Positions 22,004 through 35,820 of a stretch of 64,000 nt of DNA are shown one piece after another (positions within the stretch are counted from its first letter, which is position 1; each line of letters starts with the position of its first letter). Below the pieces are notes generated by a model. The model was not told the origin of the DNA and did no database searches. It saw only the letters and a program-made list of their open reading frames with translations. The DNA comes from Camelus dromedarius (Eukaryota). The position numbers and the translations under genes are program-made. Location of the stretch: NCBI RefSeq assembly GCF_036321535.1, contig NC_087437.1, positions 57,352,001 through 57,416,000 of the forward strand, read 5' to 3'.

Positions 22004-24689
22004 TCACTAATTATAATGAATATATAACTGATTTAGTTAAGAAAGTAGTTATATGAGTACAACATAAATTAACTATTAGAACATTTATACCAGTCTGGTA
22101 CAATGATAGCAGCATATTGATAGGAAGTGATAAGGTCATGATAACTGTTAAAAACTCCGCTAGCTCAAATTTAAATAGCATCTTCCTTCAAATCTAGGAA
22201 TATATGAAGGATGAAAACACTGAACACTGAACCATACTGCTCCCTGACAGACATAACAGATGCTTGTCACTGGACCTATTGCAACCACTCCCATTCCTAG
22301 CCAAGAGGTCCTGAGTTCTCAGCTATTGATTCACAAACCATGAATCTGTCTGGAAATTAATGAATCAGCTTGGCAGTGGTGCTTCTTCCCTCTACAATTA
22401 CCTTGACACGTTCTTCCATACAGATCCCCCAAACACTACTCTGCAGCCTGCAGTGTTTCTGTAGAGGTCAAAATAATTTATATCCAAATAATGTCATAGA
22501 AAAGGTTATTTGGGGAAAAATGTAACTTTATCAGGAAAATTCTACCATAAAACTGTCTCAGACTACTGGTGCAAATTTTTTACTTCAAAGGTGGAGATGA
22601 ATCGTTTGATAAAGAAGCTTATGACCATCTCACCGAAGAGTTTCAAAGTTAAATTCCATAGTTTCCCAATTCTCATTTTTATCATTGTTTTTAGAATTTC
22701 TTAAATTCAAGCCCTAGCAATGTAAGATTTAGAAAAACTTCTAGGGCTCACAGACTTTCCATCTGAGTCAGCTGGGAAGAAAGCAAGGAATCTAGAGACA
22801 TCCTTGAATTCCAGCCACATTTCTGGTCTTTCTCCTCAAGGATCTATGCCCTTTCTGTCAGATTAACCCAATTTTCTTCTTTTTACCTCAGCTGGCATTT
22901 ATTCATTATGAGCAGTATAGGAAGACTTTGCAACTCCCCTTATCAGCGCTAGAAGAATCTTATACACAGCACAGAAAGTCTCATGAATACCATCATCATG
23001 CCACCATTGCAGTTTATTCCACAATGGGCAGATTATTTAAACATTTTAATATGAAAATTAGGTGATGATATTCTGGTCATTTAGTGGCAGAATATGGGAC
23101 AAGGGAGGCATTTCAACCATCCAAACAACACAAGTAAAAGCAAAATGGAAGTGTAATAGATGAATATTGTCCCGATCTGAGAAAATAAAAGAAAAATAGA
23201 CAATTTTTAAAAATATATGGATTGCTGCAAGTCTGAAGACATATTTTAGTTGTATGAGCCACCATTCTCTCAGACCTGTAAGAAAACCAAGATCCTTCCA
23301 AAATCCAGAATGTGAAATATGTGCAGGCATCTGTTTATGAATGGGCTAAACATGAATTCCAGTCTGGATGATAAAGGCTGGAGGATGGGGGTGCTGTAAG
23401 CCTTCAAAAATTTTTATGTGTTTAAATTTTAGTGCTATATAAACCTAGTAATGTGATTTGTTATCATTCCATAGTGGGAAATAAAAGTCTATATCACAGT
23501 AGCATCCAATCAGAATTTATATAATTTTCATTGGCTGATATCAAAGGAAGTACAAATAAATGGTTCTTGGCATCTAGGCTCCCATAGCTTCTTTGGAAGG
23601 AAGAAGAAAATGAACAAGGAAAGAACTGAATCTATAAGGAATCATTATCAGCAAATTTCATACATATTCGCAGACTTTTGTGGGAAGATCTCGAGCCATT
23701 TTTAACAAGGATGGGACGAGATCGCTATCACCAAGTACATTTCTATTATGGTTAATTACAAAACAACACTTTCTTGGGAATTAACAGCCTCTCACACTCA
23801 CTCAAGAGTATTCTACAAGTGGTTGCTATTCTGACCCCCAGTTTCATGATACATTTTAGTAATAAGATGTGAAGAAGGGGTTTGTGGCTCCAGGGTACAC
23901 ATGAATGAAAACTCTTGCTTTACAGACATGCTAACCTCTCAAAGGTGTAGATGGCAGGGCTCCTCTTCCCTCCTGGGTCTTGGAAGGGAGTGGGAGACCC
24001 AAACTAGGGATTAGTGCTCCTCCTATATTGAACTTCCACAAGGGCATTCGTGGACAAATCTGAGTGATTCTGGAATCTTTAATCTCTTGAATACCTGCAC
24101 CTCTGCTAAATGTAGGGCACTCTTTGATATTAGTGTCCTTGAGGGTTAGTAACTGAATATGCATCCTCTTTTTCTTAATAGCTATCTTTCTTCTTCTTAG
24201 AATTTCTCCCTTTTGTCTGTTATTTTCCTTTTGGGGGAGTATCTAAGCTCTGGGTTCTGATGGGTGACCTGACATAACATTGATGTGTATTTGAGCAAAC
24301 ACAAAGATTGTCCTAAGGAATTCTCTATGAAGACCTTCCATTTTATCTCATGTTCCCTAAGATATGGTCAGATGAGACCCTGAGTGGATTCCTGAATCCA
24401 GCTGGAGATTTAATTAAGTGACCCTAAGGTGATTTCCCATTCACAGATTCTGTGCCTTTATGAACATACTCCTAATCATGTCTCACAAGGTCAATTAACT
24501 GCACTTTATTCTATATTTGCCAGCTAGTAACACTACCTATGACCTTGACCACAACAGGCCTGGTTGAGGAATAAAGCTTTCAGTATTTCCAGGACTGGAA
24601 AAATAATTGACAGCGCAGAGCCTATTAAAGATTAAGGAGCAGAGTCATTTCTGTCTGTGAGGGCAGGCACGTTAAAACATAAAGTCTCT

Positions 24690-25053
24690 GATGCCTATCA
24701 CTTATATGTGGAATCTAAAAAAAAAGGCCACAAATGAAGTTATTCATAAAACAGGGAGACTCACAGACACAGAAAACTTAGGGTTACCAGAGGGGAAAGT
24801 GGGTGGAAAGGGATAGGTTGGGAGTTTGGGATTTGCAGATACTCAGTACTATATATAAAATAGATAAACAACAAGGTCCTACTATATAGCACAGGGAGCT
24901 ATATTCAATACCTTGTAATGACCTATAATGAAAAAGAATATCAAATGAAATATGTATATGTATAAATGAATCACTATGCTGTACCGAAGAAATTAACACA
25001 ACATTATAAATCCACTATACTTCAATTAGAAAAAAAATGGGGATTAAAAAAAA
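24690..25053 (+). mobile_element. L1 3' UTR (cetartiodactyl type)
   Basis: TATCACTTATATGTGGAATCTAAAA...GATAAACAACAAGGTCCTACTATATAGCACAGGGA...CTATACTTCAATTA plus A tail. Confidence 0.92.
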
Positions 25054-26429
25054 TGAAGGCTAATCCGTGAGCTCACAGAGCCCCACTAATCCTTGCTAAC
25101 TGTAAGCTGCTTTGCCAATTTTATTATGAAGTCGCAAAGCTTGTTTGCAACTCTCTAAAAATCACAGAATCACTGAAATGTTTGGTTGGAGGACCCGGTA
25201 AGGTCATTCACTAACAGTGTTCATTAACCTATCTCTAGTCGGCTTTCTCTAAAGCATTTCTGACAGAGGAGAAGATTCTTTTAGTTTCAAATTTCTCAAG
25301 GGAAAGACAGTTCGTAACCTTTTTGTAGTTCCTTCTGCTCAAAAACGTCTCAAAGCACAGACATTTTTTTCTTACTGTTAACTTATACCATAGTTTAAAA
25401 ATAAGAACTTAAAAATTAAATAAGGCAACAGTCCACTGGGATTTGAAGAAAAAATAAATCCCATGAAGAAAAAATAAATCCCATAAAGAAAACTAACCCA
25501 AAGAAATGTATGAAACCATATCCACGATTTTTTCCTCAACTCTTATTGTAAACATCTGATGACGCTTTGGTGTGATATAATTTTATCCCTATAGATTATA
25601 AAGCTCTTTATTATTTGTTCCCTATCTTTCCAGGCTTACTTCCAACTACCCTACTTCTTTAATTACAGAATGTTTAACCAGCCAATACCAGTTGTACTGA
25701 TGGTACTTGCAGTTACCACCTTTCATTTCTCAATCTGGAAAACTAATATTGTTCCTCAAGACATGTTTTCTCCCTTGTGAGGCTTCTCTGACCTCATTTC
25801 AACCCTCCTTGCCCAAATCATCCTCAGATGCAATCCATATATATATAATAGAAGATATCACAAATACATGATTAATTCATACATACTTCTTTTATATTAA
25901 GTCTACTCTCCTTCATATTAGAAATCAGATCTTAGTTCTGTATCATCCAGCAAATCATTTGTCCTCAAATGTGCAGAAACTTTGTGACCCAATAACTAGT
26001 GACCACATTGGTCCACATTGGTCCACATTGGATTAACAATTACACAGCCCACAGGAAATCAGGACTAATCAATCAGTCCCATAAAGTTTCCAGCATCTTC
26101 AGAGAATGCGTTGGCCCTGTAGGTACATGAGAAAATTTCTAATTTTGTGTCATTTCCCACAGCAAGAGAAAATCTAGACAGTAAAGTTTTTAGTCCAATA
26201 TCAACTATTCAGGACATTGGCAAATATTGTTATAATCAAAGGGAACAGTAATGAAAATCTGGGCTATGAAAGGAAATCTGGGATCTATTGTCATATACTT
26301 ATGACCTGTAATTTACCTCCTTGTTAGTAGCCAAGAGATGGGTTGAATAAACTGAACCCTTCCACTGGCCTGCAAAGGAGAAAACTGTTCCCGCTATATT
26401 ACATTTCCTTAATCAGCCCATAAAGCCTG

Positions 26430-26615
26430 ATGGTTATGTTTATGGGCTTTGGAATAACACAGCTTGGAATCTGAAGTTTCTTACCATTTTTAAACCTCAA
26501 TTTTCTCATCTATTAAATGCAAGTAATAAGATTACTGATACAGAGGTCTTGTGAGAAGTAAGTAAAATAGCTCCGTGCCTAGCACACAATAACCTCTCAA
26601 CAGATGTCCACTATC
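26430..26615 (+). mobile_element. MIR SINE
   Basis: AAACCTCAATTTTCTCATCTATTAAATG...GTCTTGTGAGAAGTAAGTAA...GTGCCTAGCACACAATAA. Confidence 0.75.
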
Positions 26616-27904
26616 TCATCCGTTTCCACTCAGGAATCCAAGGCTAAAGGTTAGAGCTCACGTGTTATACAAACTCTAGGTGCAAACTAGACTGTCATCT
26701 GCTGCCCACAGGCATATCTGGCTTAGTAAGAGGTAGCCGTGTTGTTCTGTGTGCACTGTTAGTCTGCATCTTTCCCTCCTTCAGCTGACTTCCCCTACCC
26801 TGTGACTTCCTTCTGCCACAAATTCCAGCTCAATAGCTGCTAAGATCCTTCTGCTATCCTAGCAGGAACAGGAGCAGCAATCTGCCCCACCACTGGACTC
26901 TGTGTCTCTCTAGATTCCTGGCTTGAGGCTAGCACAGATAACTTGATAAGTCTCTTGGCTGCCCAGCCTTGCTTCTCATCCTGGAGCGTTTAACATTCCG
27001 CAGATGTGAATCAGCATTTTTTCACAAACTTGATTTGACTTGGTATCAAAGCCTTAAGACTGCTCTTTTGCAAATCAGACTAAAACATGGAAAAGCACTT
27101 CTGTTAGTTGGGAAGGGAAAAAAACGAATCAGTTCTTCCCTTGTGGAAAGGAGTATAATGTTACATGTCCATACAACTGCAGACAGACTCTGAGTTTACT
27201 TACTTAGTACCGTTGTCAAATGTCCAATCAACCATGACTCCTGATGGAACTTCTTCCCATAATCTGGAAGCTTCTTAAACCTAAAGTTGAGTATTTCAAA
27301 ATTTGGTGTGCATAAAAAATGATCTGACTATAGTTCTTTAAATGTATGAAACAAGAAGTTATTTATTGGCAATGCGTGTTCAGGCATAGAGCAGTTTGAA
27401 TTCTGAACAAATACTTCCTGACTAATCAGGCCACGTAACTACTGGCACACTTGAACATCTTTTTATTTGGTTCCTGTGCTATGCAATACCATTCTAGGTG
27501 TTTTAAGGGCTATAAGAAAAATTAAGTGTCTGGCAAACTTAGATTCAAAGAGCTCTACCGCTAACTGGCTGCATTAGTTTTGATTCTCTTATTGGAGCTT
27601 GTTCTGAATCCCATACTGCATCTTTTTATTTTCACTATAGTGTTTCTTGTGCTGCTTCCTGAGGGAGCTTAAACTGTAGCCTGGACCTGCTGAAGGACCC
27701 TTTCTTAATCCAGACCCACTCAGAACTGACCACCTTCCATGTCATCAGGTCAATAAGCAGAGCAGTGGTCCCAAGAATGAAATATACTATCTCTAGAACC
27801 CAAAGAGAGCTATAAAAGATGGCACCTCCTTCCTCATGATAGCAGTTGCACAATACATTAATTTCCCCTTTGATTTTTATGGGATGTTCCATTTTTCCCT
27901 CAAC

Positions 27905-28127
27905 AAAAGGCATGGACAAACAACAGACCATAAGCCAAATCCAGCCTGCTGCCTGTTTTTTGTAAGCGAAGTTTCATTTTTACACAGCCATGCTCAATCA
28001 TTTATGGATAATCTATGGCTAGTTCCATGCTACAATGGCCAAGTTGAGTAGTTGTGATAAAAGCTTACCTGCAACATTTAACATGTTTACTATCTGACCC
28101 TTTGCAGAAAAAGTTTATCAAGCCCAA
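27905..28127. mobile_element. MER58A-like hAT-Charlie MITE
   Basis: GCCAAATCCAGCCTGCTGCCTGTTTTTGTAAG..ACACAGCCATGCTCAATCATTTA..GTTGAGTAGTTGTGA..TTTACTATCTGACCCTTTGCAGAAAAAGTTT. Confidence 0.85.
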
Positions 28128-28349
28128 AGGCATCACCAGGACAGCATTCTCATCCACTGGCACACTTCCCCAGTTCTCCATCAGTAAACTTCCTACAACT
28201 GCACTGCTGCAGCATGCCAAGGCTATGCCTACCACTAGGTGGGTGAAGCAACTCCCAAATTCCACTTGAGTGTCTACCTCCTTGTACCGCACTGGGTGCT
28301 AACTGCCTTGCGTTGTGTTCCTTAGAAAAAGAGACATTTATACATGTGT

Positions 28350-28736
28350 ATATCTGTAGGGGTATACACTAAAGATCGACTTCCAGAAGTAAGAAAGCAA
28401 GACTGGCCAGAGGGAGGAGTTGAACTGTGATGCAGTCACAACAGGGGCCTCAACAACTCACATCAGGAGGTCTGAGGCTGGATGGGCCCTTCAGAAATGC
28501 GCAAACTGAGACTGAAGGGCTAGATCTTTGTCCCTCCATATCAACCAGTTTTGGACATGATCTCCCTTGAAGGCTGGGGTATAATCTTGGGTGAGTCTAC
28601 TCTACTCCATCCAGAGTAATTCTTAAAGAGGCTTATACCTGTGACCTGTTAGCAGGCAACATTTTCAGCAGCTAGAGGAATGAAAGCCTTAGTTCTGAAG
28701 CAGGAATTTGGGCAGCACAACAAACTGTCCACTACA
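28350..28736 (-). mobile_element. ERVL LTR16-family solo LTR
   Basis: Reverse complement begins TGTAGTGGACAG..TGCCCAAATTCCTGCTTCAGAACTAAGGCTTTCATTCCTCTAGCTGCTG, matching the LTR16A/C 5' end. Confidence 0.75.
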
Positions 28737-28889
28737 GGGAGGAAATGAGGAAAAAATCCTAAAAGTGTAGTGTAATTCCAGTTGTGAGACTGTTGGAACA
28801 ACAGGCAATAATAATAAAAGCTAACAGTTAAATGCCCGTGTATTGGGTTCCTTGGAAATGGAAACAGTTTTGCATAGAGGGTCACGTAT

Positions 28890-29642
28890 ACATTGCTGAT
28901 AAGAAACCCTGGAAAATAGTTTAGTGGTTTCTTAAGAAAACTAAACTTGTACTTATATAACCCAGCAATTGAAGTCTTGGTCAATCCTAAAGGAATGAAA
29001 ATTCATGTTCACATAAAAACCTGTACAAAAATACACATAACAGCTTTATTCATAATTTATTCATAATAGTAAAAAAATAAAAAACCCACATATCCTTCAG
29101 CGGATAAATGTTTAAACAAAACATGGTACAGCCATACTATGGAATACCACTCAGCAATTAAAAAGGAATAAATTGTTGTTACGTAAATAACTTGGGTGGA
29201 TCTTTATGCTGAATGGAAACACTAATCTCAAAAGATTACATACTTTTGAGATTTTTTTTGGTTATATGGTTCCATTCATATAGCATTCTTGTAATGAGAA
29301 AACAGAACAGATTAGTAGTAGCTATATCCAGGGATGAAGAAAGAAGGGAGTTGGTATAGCTATAAAAAAGTAGTGCGGAAGATCCCTGTGATGGAACTGT
29401 TTTCTATCTTGACTGTGGTAACAAATATAAACACAGAAATGAGTGCATGGAAAATTGGTGATATATGAATAAGATGAATGGATTGCATCAATGCCGATTT
29501 TCTGGTTGTGATACCGTAACCTAGTAATTCAAAGCATTACCATTGGGGGAAATTGGGTGAAGAATATGTAGGATCATTCTGTATTATTTCTTACAACTGC
29601 ATGTGCAACTAAAATTATCTCAAAATAAAAAGTTTAAAAAAA
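28890..29642 (+). mobile_element. Old L1 (L1MC1/L1MD-like) 3' end
   Basis: ATGTTCACATAAAAACCTGTACA; ATGGAATACCACTCAGCAAT; terminal ATTATTTCTTACAACTGCATGTG..AATTATCTCAAAATAAAAAGTTT. Confidence 0.88.
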
Positions 29643-30279
29643 TTTCTGTGGTATTTTTACACCCTAGAAAATACTCAAACAGAAGGTTTAACAAAATCAT
29701 AGTTTCGAAGCATCCTGAAGGTGTTCTTGTTGTTGGTGTGGCATTTGCTTGTATGAACTTGAGTGCCGTTAAGCCAGAAATCACTCACCAGATCTGATTG
29801 AGGGTTATATGTGGACAGCAGACTCACATATTGTCTGGTTAGAGGCGTAAAGAGTAAGAAAATCTAAAGTTCCTGTCCAGGTAGAGGCCAAACAGAAGCA
29901 AGGGGAAGCAGGAAAGATAGGGTCTTCTTTCCTGTGTTGGTTTATTGACTTGACTTTTTAGTTTGTTTCCAAGTAAGGCAAAACCCTTTTAAAACGCATA
30001 TGTCTGGGGATAAGTTTAATTCTCATTTTTAAATGCTACTTTACAAGCATAGATAGAGACTTAAGCATCTTCAAGAGGAAGGCAGACGACTTCAGTCAAA
30101 ACTAAACATGCATATGAGAAGGAGCTAATAATTTTTTGTTTATCTGTCAAAAGGATAGTCTTCAGGAGAAGGAGGATCCATTGTTTTTGTATGTTCTTAA
30201 GATTCAGAATTACACTACCAGGAGCAAATAACAAGGAGGGGTGTTTCAGCGCATAAGAAACAGCATTGCTGCCCAACAA

Positions 30280-30415
30280 CAGAATAAGCTACCTCAGAAC
30301 ATAGTGGGTTTCTCATCCCCTGATGGATTCAAGCAAGAAACGGATGACTATCAGAGAACTGGAATGAGTGTTATTTAATAACCTTCTAAATTCGTTTAAG
30401 ACTTGGGAGTCTATA
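30280..30415 (+). mobile_element. CR1/L3 3' end fragment
   Basis: TAGTGGGTTTCTCATCCCCTGATGGATTCAAGCAAGAAACGGATGAC resembles the L3 3' consensus. Confidence 0.5.
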
Positions 30416-32619
30416 AATAGTGAGAAGCTTTTTCATAGTGTTTCTAATGTATTTAGAATAATTGATGGACTCATTTTCAATGAAAAAGATTTACTTAAAA
30501 TTTTTAAAATAGCCAGAAAATAATTCTGGTACATTTTATTCGGTAGTATTATGCCTGATGCCCAAGAAGATAGATAACCTCCCTTGATTTGATGCAACAT
30601 TTTTCTTCCCCAATAAAGTAAAATAAACTTGCCACAGGCTTTTGGGTGCTAGATGATTTTTTTTTTCTTCAAAATAAGAATAGAAGGAATAGTTTGTTTT
30701 TTATCATCACTTGGATTTAGAATACTAACTACATTCATTTACCTACTTTTTAAAAAAATTTAATAGCAATACTTCTATTTAATACATTAGTGTATAATCT
30801 CACCATTGTGCTTAAAACTGTTGTTTTTCTCTCATCTGTCTCCTCTTTAAGAAGGAAGAAATTTAACCTCTATTATTCTGGAATAAGTGACTCTTTTGAA
30901 AGGTAGAGAAATTTACATTTGGTTGATGAGAATAATATTTCCAATAAATTTCAATTTCCAATGAAAATATAAGAGAGAAGTTTATAGGAAAACATTGTTG
31001 CATTTATTTTTGTCATTGGAGAAACATAACATCTTTCACACAATATGCAATTGCCTTTCCTTTGTTTTATACATATATATATATATATATTGGAGAACGA
31101 GGGCAGGTATAACCAGGAGTAATCAGAAGTCTTACCCCATGAACTGTACAGATCAATATGCATACAAATTTTAGATTCACAGAACACCATGTCTTTTAAA
31201 AAATCTATTTAAGAATTACCTATGGCATTTTCCAAAAATCTACACATTTATCACCATCAACTTCATGACTGAAGTTAAAATTTATACACATTTATGATAA
31301 TACTATTATTATAACTGAGATATTAAACTATGTTTATTTTTACAGAAGAATAAACAACAAATAAATACATAGATACATACATAAATTACTTAAACACAGG
31401 GCTTGTAACTAAATTAGTGGTTCCCAGGTTTTTACCAGAAAGAAATGTTTTTGTGTTTGTTTTTCATTTTGACTTCTGTGACCTGTGACGCTTAGTAAAA
31501 ATACCTAGCCTACTTTCTTAATTCATAAATTTTCAAGAAGTCATCAACAAATTTTCTGTTGTAGAACATGCTCAATATTGTCCCACTAAGTAACTTTAAT
31601 TCTGATCAAGATGAAAAATATGTCATTTTATATTCCCGTTCATTCTTATTTTGAGTACACACTCTGTGTGTGTGCATGTGTAGGTGTGTGATATATTACT
31701 TTGTTTTGGGTTTTTTTGATAAGTATTTTTCAAATATTGAAGCTACCTCTGGTTCCAGAAAGTGGTTTTCATGCTGGAAACCACCAAATTGAACAATCTC
31801 ATTCATAAGAAGTCAAATTGGCGAAGAAAGTAACTCTAGAAAGGAGGTATTACTTGCCTTTAGTTACTGAGTCACAGGCTTAGCTGGTGCTAGGATCCAG
31901 GTCTCCTCATTCCTGCTCTCAGAGGCTCCATTAAGCTCCAAAATTCAACTTTTGTTCTCTCTACTCAAACCTTTCACTCACATCGGAATCTCTAGAGGAG
32001 GACAATTTTTAATAACATTTTATTTATAATTATTTTTAATTGCCCTGTAAAGAGCTATATGAAGGTATGTTTAGTTACACAGTTTTATAATTAGTTCGAG
32101 GAATTCAGTTTGATCATTGTGTGTTTTTCTTTCTACAGCATTACATTTCATCAGAGTGGTTTGAACTTGCATTAATATAGCATGTTGATCTTTAAGTGTT
32201 CTTTAGTCTAAAAAAATGTATACCATGTTCAGAAACCATTTCACTCACCCCAGGAATTTTAAGTAGGCAGAATGTATATGCCCTTGTTGAAGTGCATTTG
32301 CTTTTTTGTCCTTTTTCAGTTAAAAAATAATAGCAAAGCCTCCAGAGGAATTTAAGCTGTGGCAAATGCTAACATGAAAGTTACATCAGTTCTAGAAAGT
32401 GTGAAGGAGGCATTTAACAAGCTTGAGTGATCAAGATGTGTGATTCAAAATACCTTTTATGTTCAGAACAGAAGGGACACTCCTGAGTGAAGAGTTTGAT
32501 GTGGATAGCCGCGGTCTACAAAACAAGGAGCCTCTGCTAACTCTAAACAGACATGTTTTCAGATGTTGACTTTCATATTAAATGATTCAAGAGCAAAGGT
32601 ATTTTGGAGTAATGAAATC

Positions 32620-32790
32620 ACTATCAAAGTATGATCTCATTTGCATCAGAATCACATAGGATGCTTGTTAAAATTTCAGTTTTGGAGATTGCACTCAGAT
32701 CTAATGAATCAGAATGCCAGAGATGAAAGGCTTGAGATGGAAGAATAGAACCGAACTGCATTTTAGATAAGTTCCCTAGGTCATCTTTAT
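32620..32790. mobile_element. MER5-like hAT-Charlie MITE
   Basis: TGCATCAGAATCACATAGGATGCTTGTTAAAAT..CAGATCTAATGAATCAGAAT..CTGCATTTTAGATAAGTTCCCTAGGT. Confidence 0.75.
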
Positions 32791-33223
32791 CTTCACACCT
32801 TCTGTCTACTAAAAGTGTCCAGTCCTCCTCTCACGCTCCATCAGAATCTCTGGGATCTGCCCCACCATAAAGACAACAACGACGACAACAATAGTAACAA
32901 TAACAATAAAATAATTCTACAATCTGAATTGACGTAAACTCTTAGCTCTTCATTAAAATCTAACATGGGGACTCAGTGACTTGGCAGATCCCTACTAATA
33001 AGTGTCTGAGTCTAGGAAATACTCCTATAGATGAAGTCACTGGGGTAATTACAAGAAAAGTTTGGTGATGTTAGTTGTTAGTGTTCAGAAAAGATTTTAT
33101 CTTTGAGAATAGAGCAAATTATCAAGTTAAAAATGTACAAACTCCTCCCAGAAGCAATACATTAAATGACTTGGCAGTATGTTGCCTTTGCATTTTGGCT
33201 GATTATTTACAGGGGAAGTTGGG

Positions 33224-33224
<1 letters not shown>

Positions 33225-33255
<31 letters not shown>
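33225..33255. repeat. (TG)n microsatellite, about 15 units
   Basis: Direct reading. Confidence 0.95.
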
Positions 33256-33257
<2 letters not shown>

Positions 33258-33857
33258 TTGGTAAGAAGGAGGCAGTGATTAATAAAATATCTTCCAGCTC
33301 TCTCTCAGCTTAAAGGCAGGGGCCAGCTGTCCAAATTAATATGAGTTTCATAGGTCCAGGACCTGACATAAATCAGACTGAGAGAAAGAAGAAAGTTTAA
33401 TGGAAACTGAAAGTAAATCCCGAAGCACCTGTACTGGGCTTTTTCATACAGTGACTATTCCCACTGGCATTGTTATGATGACTAGAGTGAATTAGGCACC
33501 GTGGGGATTTTTTGCAGAAGGGAGAAGAGGCAAGTTGAGATGACATATCATACTTTTATTCTATTGACAAGAAACCAGTCAATCAGTTTTTTAAAAAATC
33601 ACTAAATTATATAAAAAGTAATTACTATTAAATCTATTTAATTCTGAATGCACTAAAATATTCAGATAATAATTGAAATTATTTCTAAATTTATTTGGTT
33701 TCTAAATTGACTTAGTTTGATGTTAGTTTCGGGGAAAAACTATTTAAGCTTAATCTTTAAAATAAAACATTGGGTTATGGGAACTGTGTGTGTATGTTTG
33801 AGAGGGACTAGGTGGTGAGTGTGACTCTAAAATGGGAACCCCTACAGTTATCGAGAT

Positions 33858-34024
33858 TGTTGCTGATCAAGGTTTGGTGCTTGGACCTGGAACATGAACA
33901 TCTCCTGGGAGCCAGTTAGTGATGCAGAATCTCAGGCCCTGCCTCAGGCTTGTGAAATCAGAATCTTCACTTCAGGAAAATCCCCAGGTAAGTCAAATGG
34001 CCATTCATCTTTTAAAAGCACTGA
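33858..34024. mobile_element. MER5A hAT-Charlie MITE
   Basis: CATCTCCTGGGAGCCAGTTAGTGATGCAGAATCTCAGGCCCTGCCTCAG..AATCAGAATCT..ATCCCCAGGT..AAAGCACTG. Confidence 0.8.
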
Positions 34025-34139
34025 TTCAGGCCATAATATACACTGTCTCTTTTTAACTGGTTTCAACACCTACTTTAAAAGAAAGATTTTATTTTGCTAG
34101 GACCCTAGACCAAGGTATCAGGCCACAACGTGAGATGAT

Positions 34140-34302
34140 TTCAGAGCTGAAGGGGGAGTGTCTTTGAAAAATCTTATCCAGTCCTTCTTTTTAATTGATT
34201 AGGAAACTAAGGACTCAAAGTATGACATGATAAGGGCAAGGTCACGCAGCTGCTTAACTGTGGAGCGAAAATGCACGCTCAGATATCTTTGCTTCCAATT
34301 CA
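34140..34302 (-). mobile_element. MIR/MIR3 SINE
   Basis: GATTAGGAAACTAAGGACTCAAAG..CAAGGTCACGCAGCTG. Confidence 0.7.
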
Positions 34303-35369
34303 AATGTGGAAGGAAAACAAGACTCACATGAAAACAGTAGTGAACATTGAATAATTTTTTACACATATTTCATACCAGAAAGAAACATCTGATGCCTGAC
34401 CCTCATTTTTGCCTCCCCAAAATACACATACACATGTGTGGTTGGCTTGTTTTGTTTGCTTTCTCGGTTTATAAAATGACTGGGGCAAGCTGTCATCTGT
34501 ACCTAGAAGCCCACTTTAAAATTAAATTTCTTTTTATACTAGAACCTCTCTTTTTCTAGATCTGCTCATCTTGATGACTTGTCTTCTATTACCAGTCACT
34601 TTGGAGCCAGTTTGTTCATCTGGTGACAGATGAGCTCACTAAATACACACACTATGGGGGAGAAAACAGGTTGCCAGGGACCAACGGCGGAAGGCCCTTT
34701 CCAGGGCAGGAGAGCCTGGGGAGTGCGGACATGAGCTCTGTTTTTCAATCGTGGGCAACTGGAAGTTTGACCTTGCTGAGTCAGAGGTAAACTGGCTAAG
34801 TCCAGAGCCCTGACCTCCGTTAAGACTGCACCCCATCAGGAGAGGGTGACACTCCGACTAACAAGAGTTAGCGTCCTGCTGGACCATTTGCAATCATGTA
34901 GCACACGCTGTTTTAAATGCTGATCTTTACAATATGTTGATCAAGCTACACATGAGCAGAAATTTTGAGATGAAGAGTCGTAGAGGAGTAGCTACTGGAG
35001 AGTTTAAGGCAATTTTTTTTAATCATTTAAAATATTTATAACATAAGAAATAGATGAAATAGATACAGTTCTTAAAATGAATAATGCTAGATTTTGAATT
35101 CTCTTTAGCATCTAAATCACACTTCAGGAGTCAGATGTGGACGAACATGGTTAAGTAGCATCCTAATATCTGAATCAGTTATGCCTCATCTTCTTTGGAG
35201 TTTTACCTCTGGTCAACATAACTCCCTTAACTCCTAAGAGAATAAGGTACTGGAGGATATAGAGCTGGAGGGAGGGAGGAGGGAAAAGGAGAGGGAGGGA
35301 GAGGCTGACATTTTCTGAGCTGAAAATATTCAGACCATATACCCCAGGCTCAGCGATCAGACTTCCTTT

Positions 35370-35820
35370 CCCTTTCCTTCCTACCCTCACTTCCTTGGTG
35401 ATCTCAGCCAGTCCCAGGGTTTTCACTACCATCTTCAGGGTGAGGCGCTCCAGTTTACATCCCAGGCTGGGCCTCACTCCTGCCTCCACGTTTCCGTGCT
35501 CTGCTCTCCATCTTCACTTGGTTAGTTGGTGTCACAAACTTAGTATGTCCTAAATGGGTAAACACACACACAGTTATGATGACCCAATGCTCTACTGTAA
35601 ATGTTTTCTCCTCCCCTCACAAACCTGCATCTCCAAAAAGTGCTCCCCATTCTCAGTCAAGGCATCCTCCGCCTGTCATGTTTCTTAGGCCAAAAACACT
35701 TGAGGTTGTCCTTGGTGTCCCACCTTCTCTCAAATCCTGTATCCTCTCTCTCACCAGGTGAGACAGTCATTATCTGCCTCTCCACCATTTTCAGGTGTGA
35801 TACCATCACCTCCTAACCCT
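35370..35820 (+). mobile_element. L2 body fragment
   Basis: CACTTCCTTGGTGATCTCAGCCAGTCCCAGGGTTTTCACTACCATCT..CTTAGGCCAAAAACACTTGAGGTTGTCCTTG. Confidence 0.8.

Noticed and set aside
25444..26031. Short direct repeats as a CRISPR-like array
   Set aside because: Tandem units with no spacers, in mammalian DNA with no cas genes.
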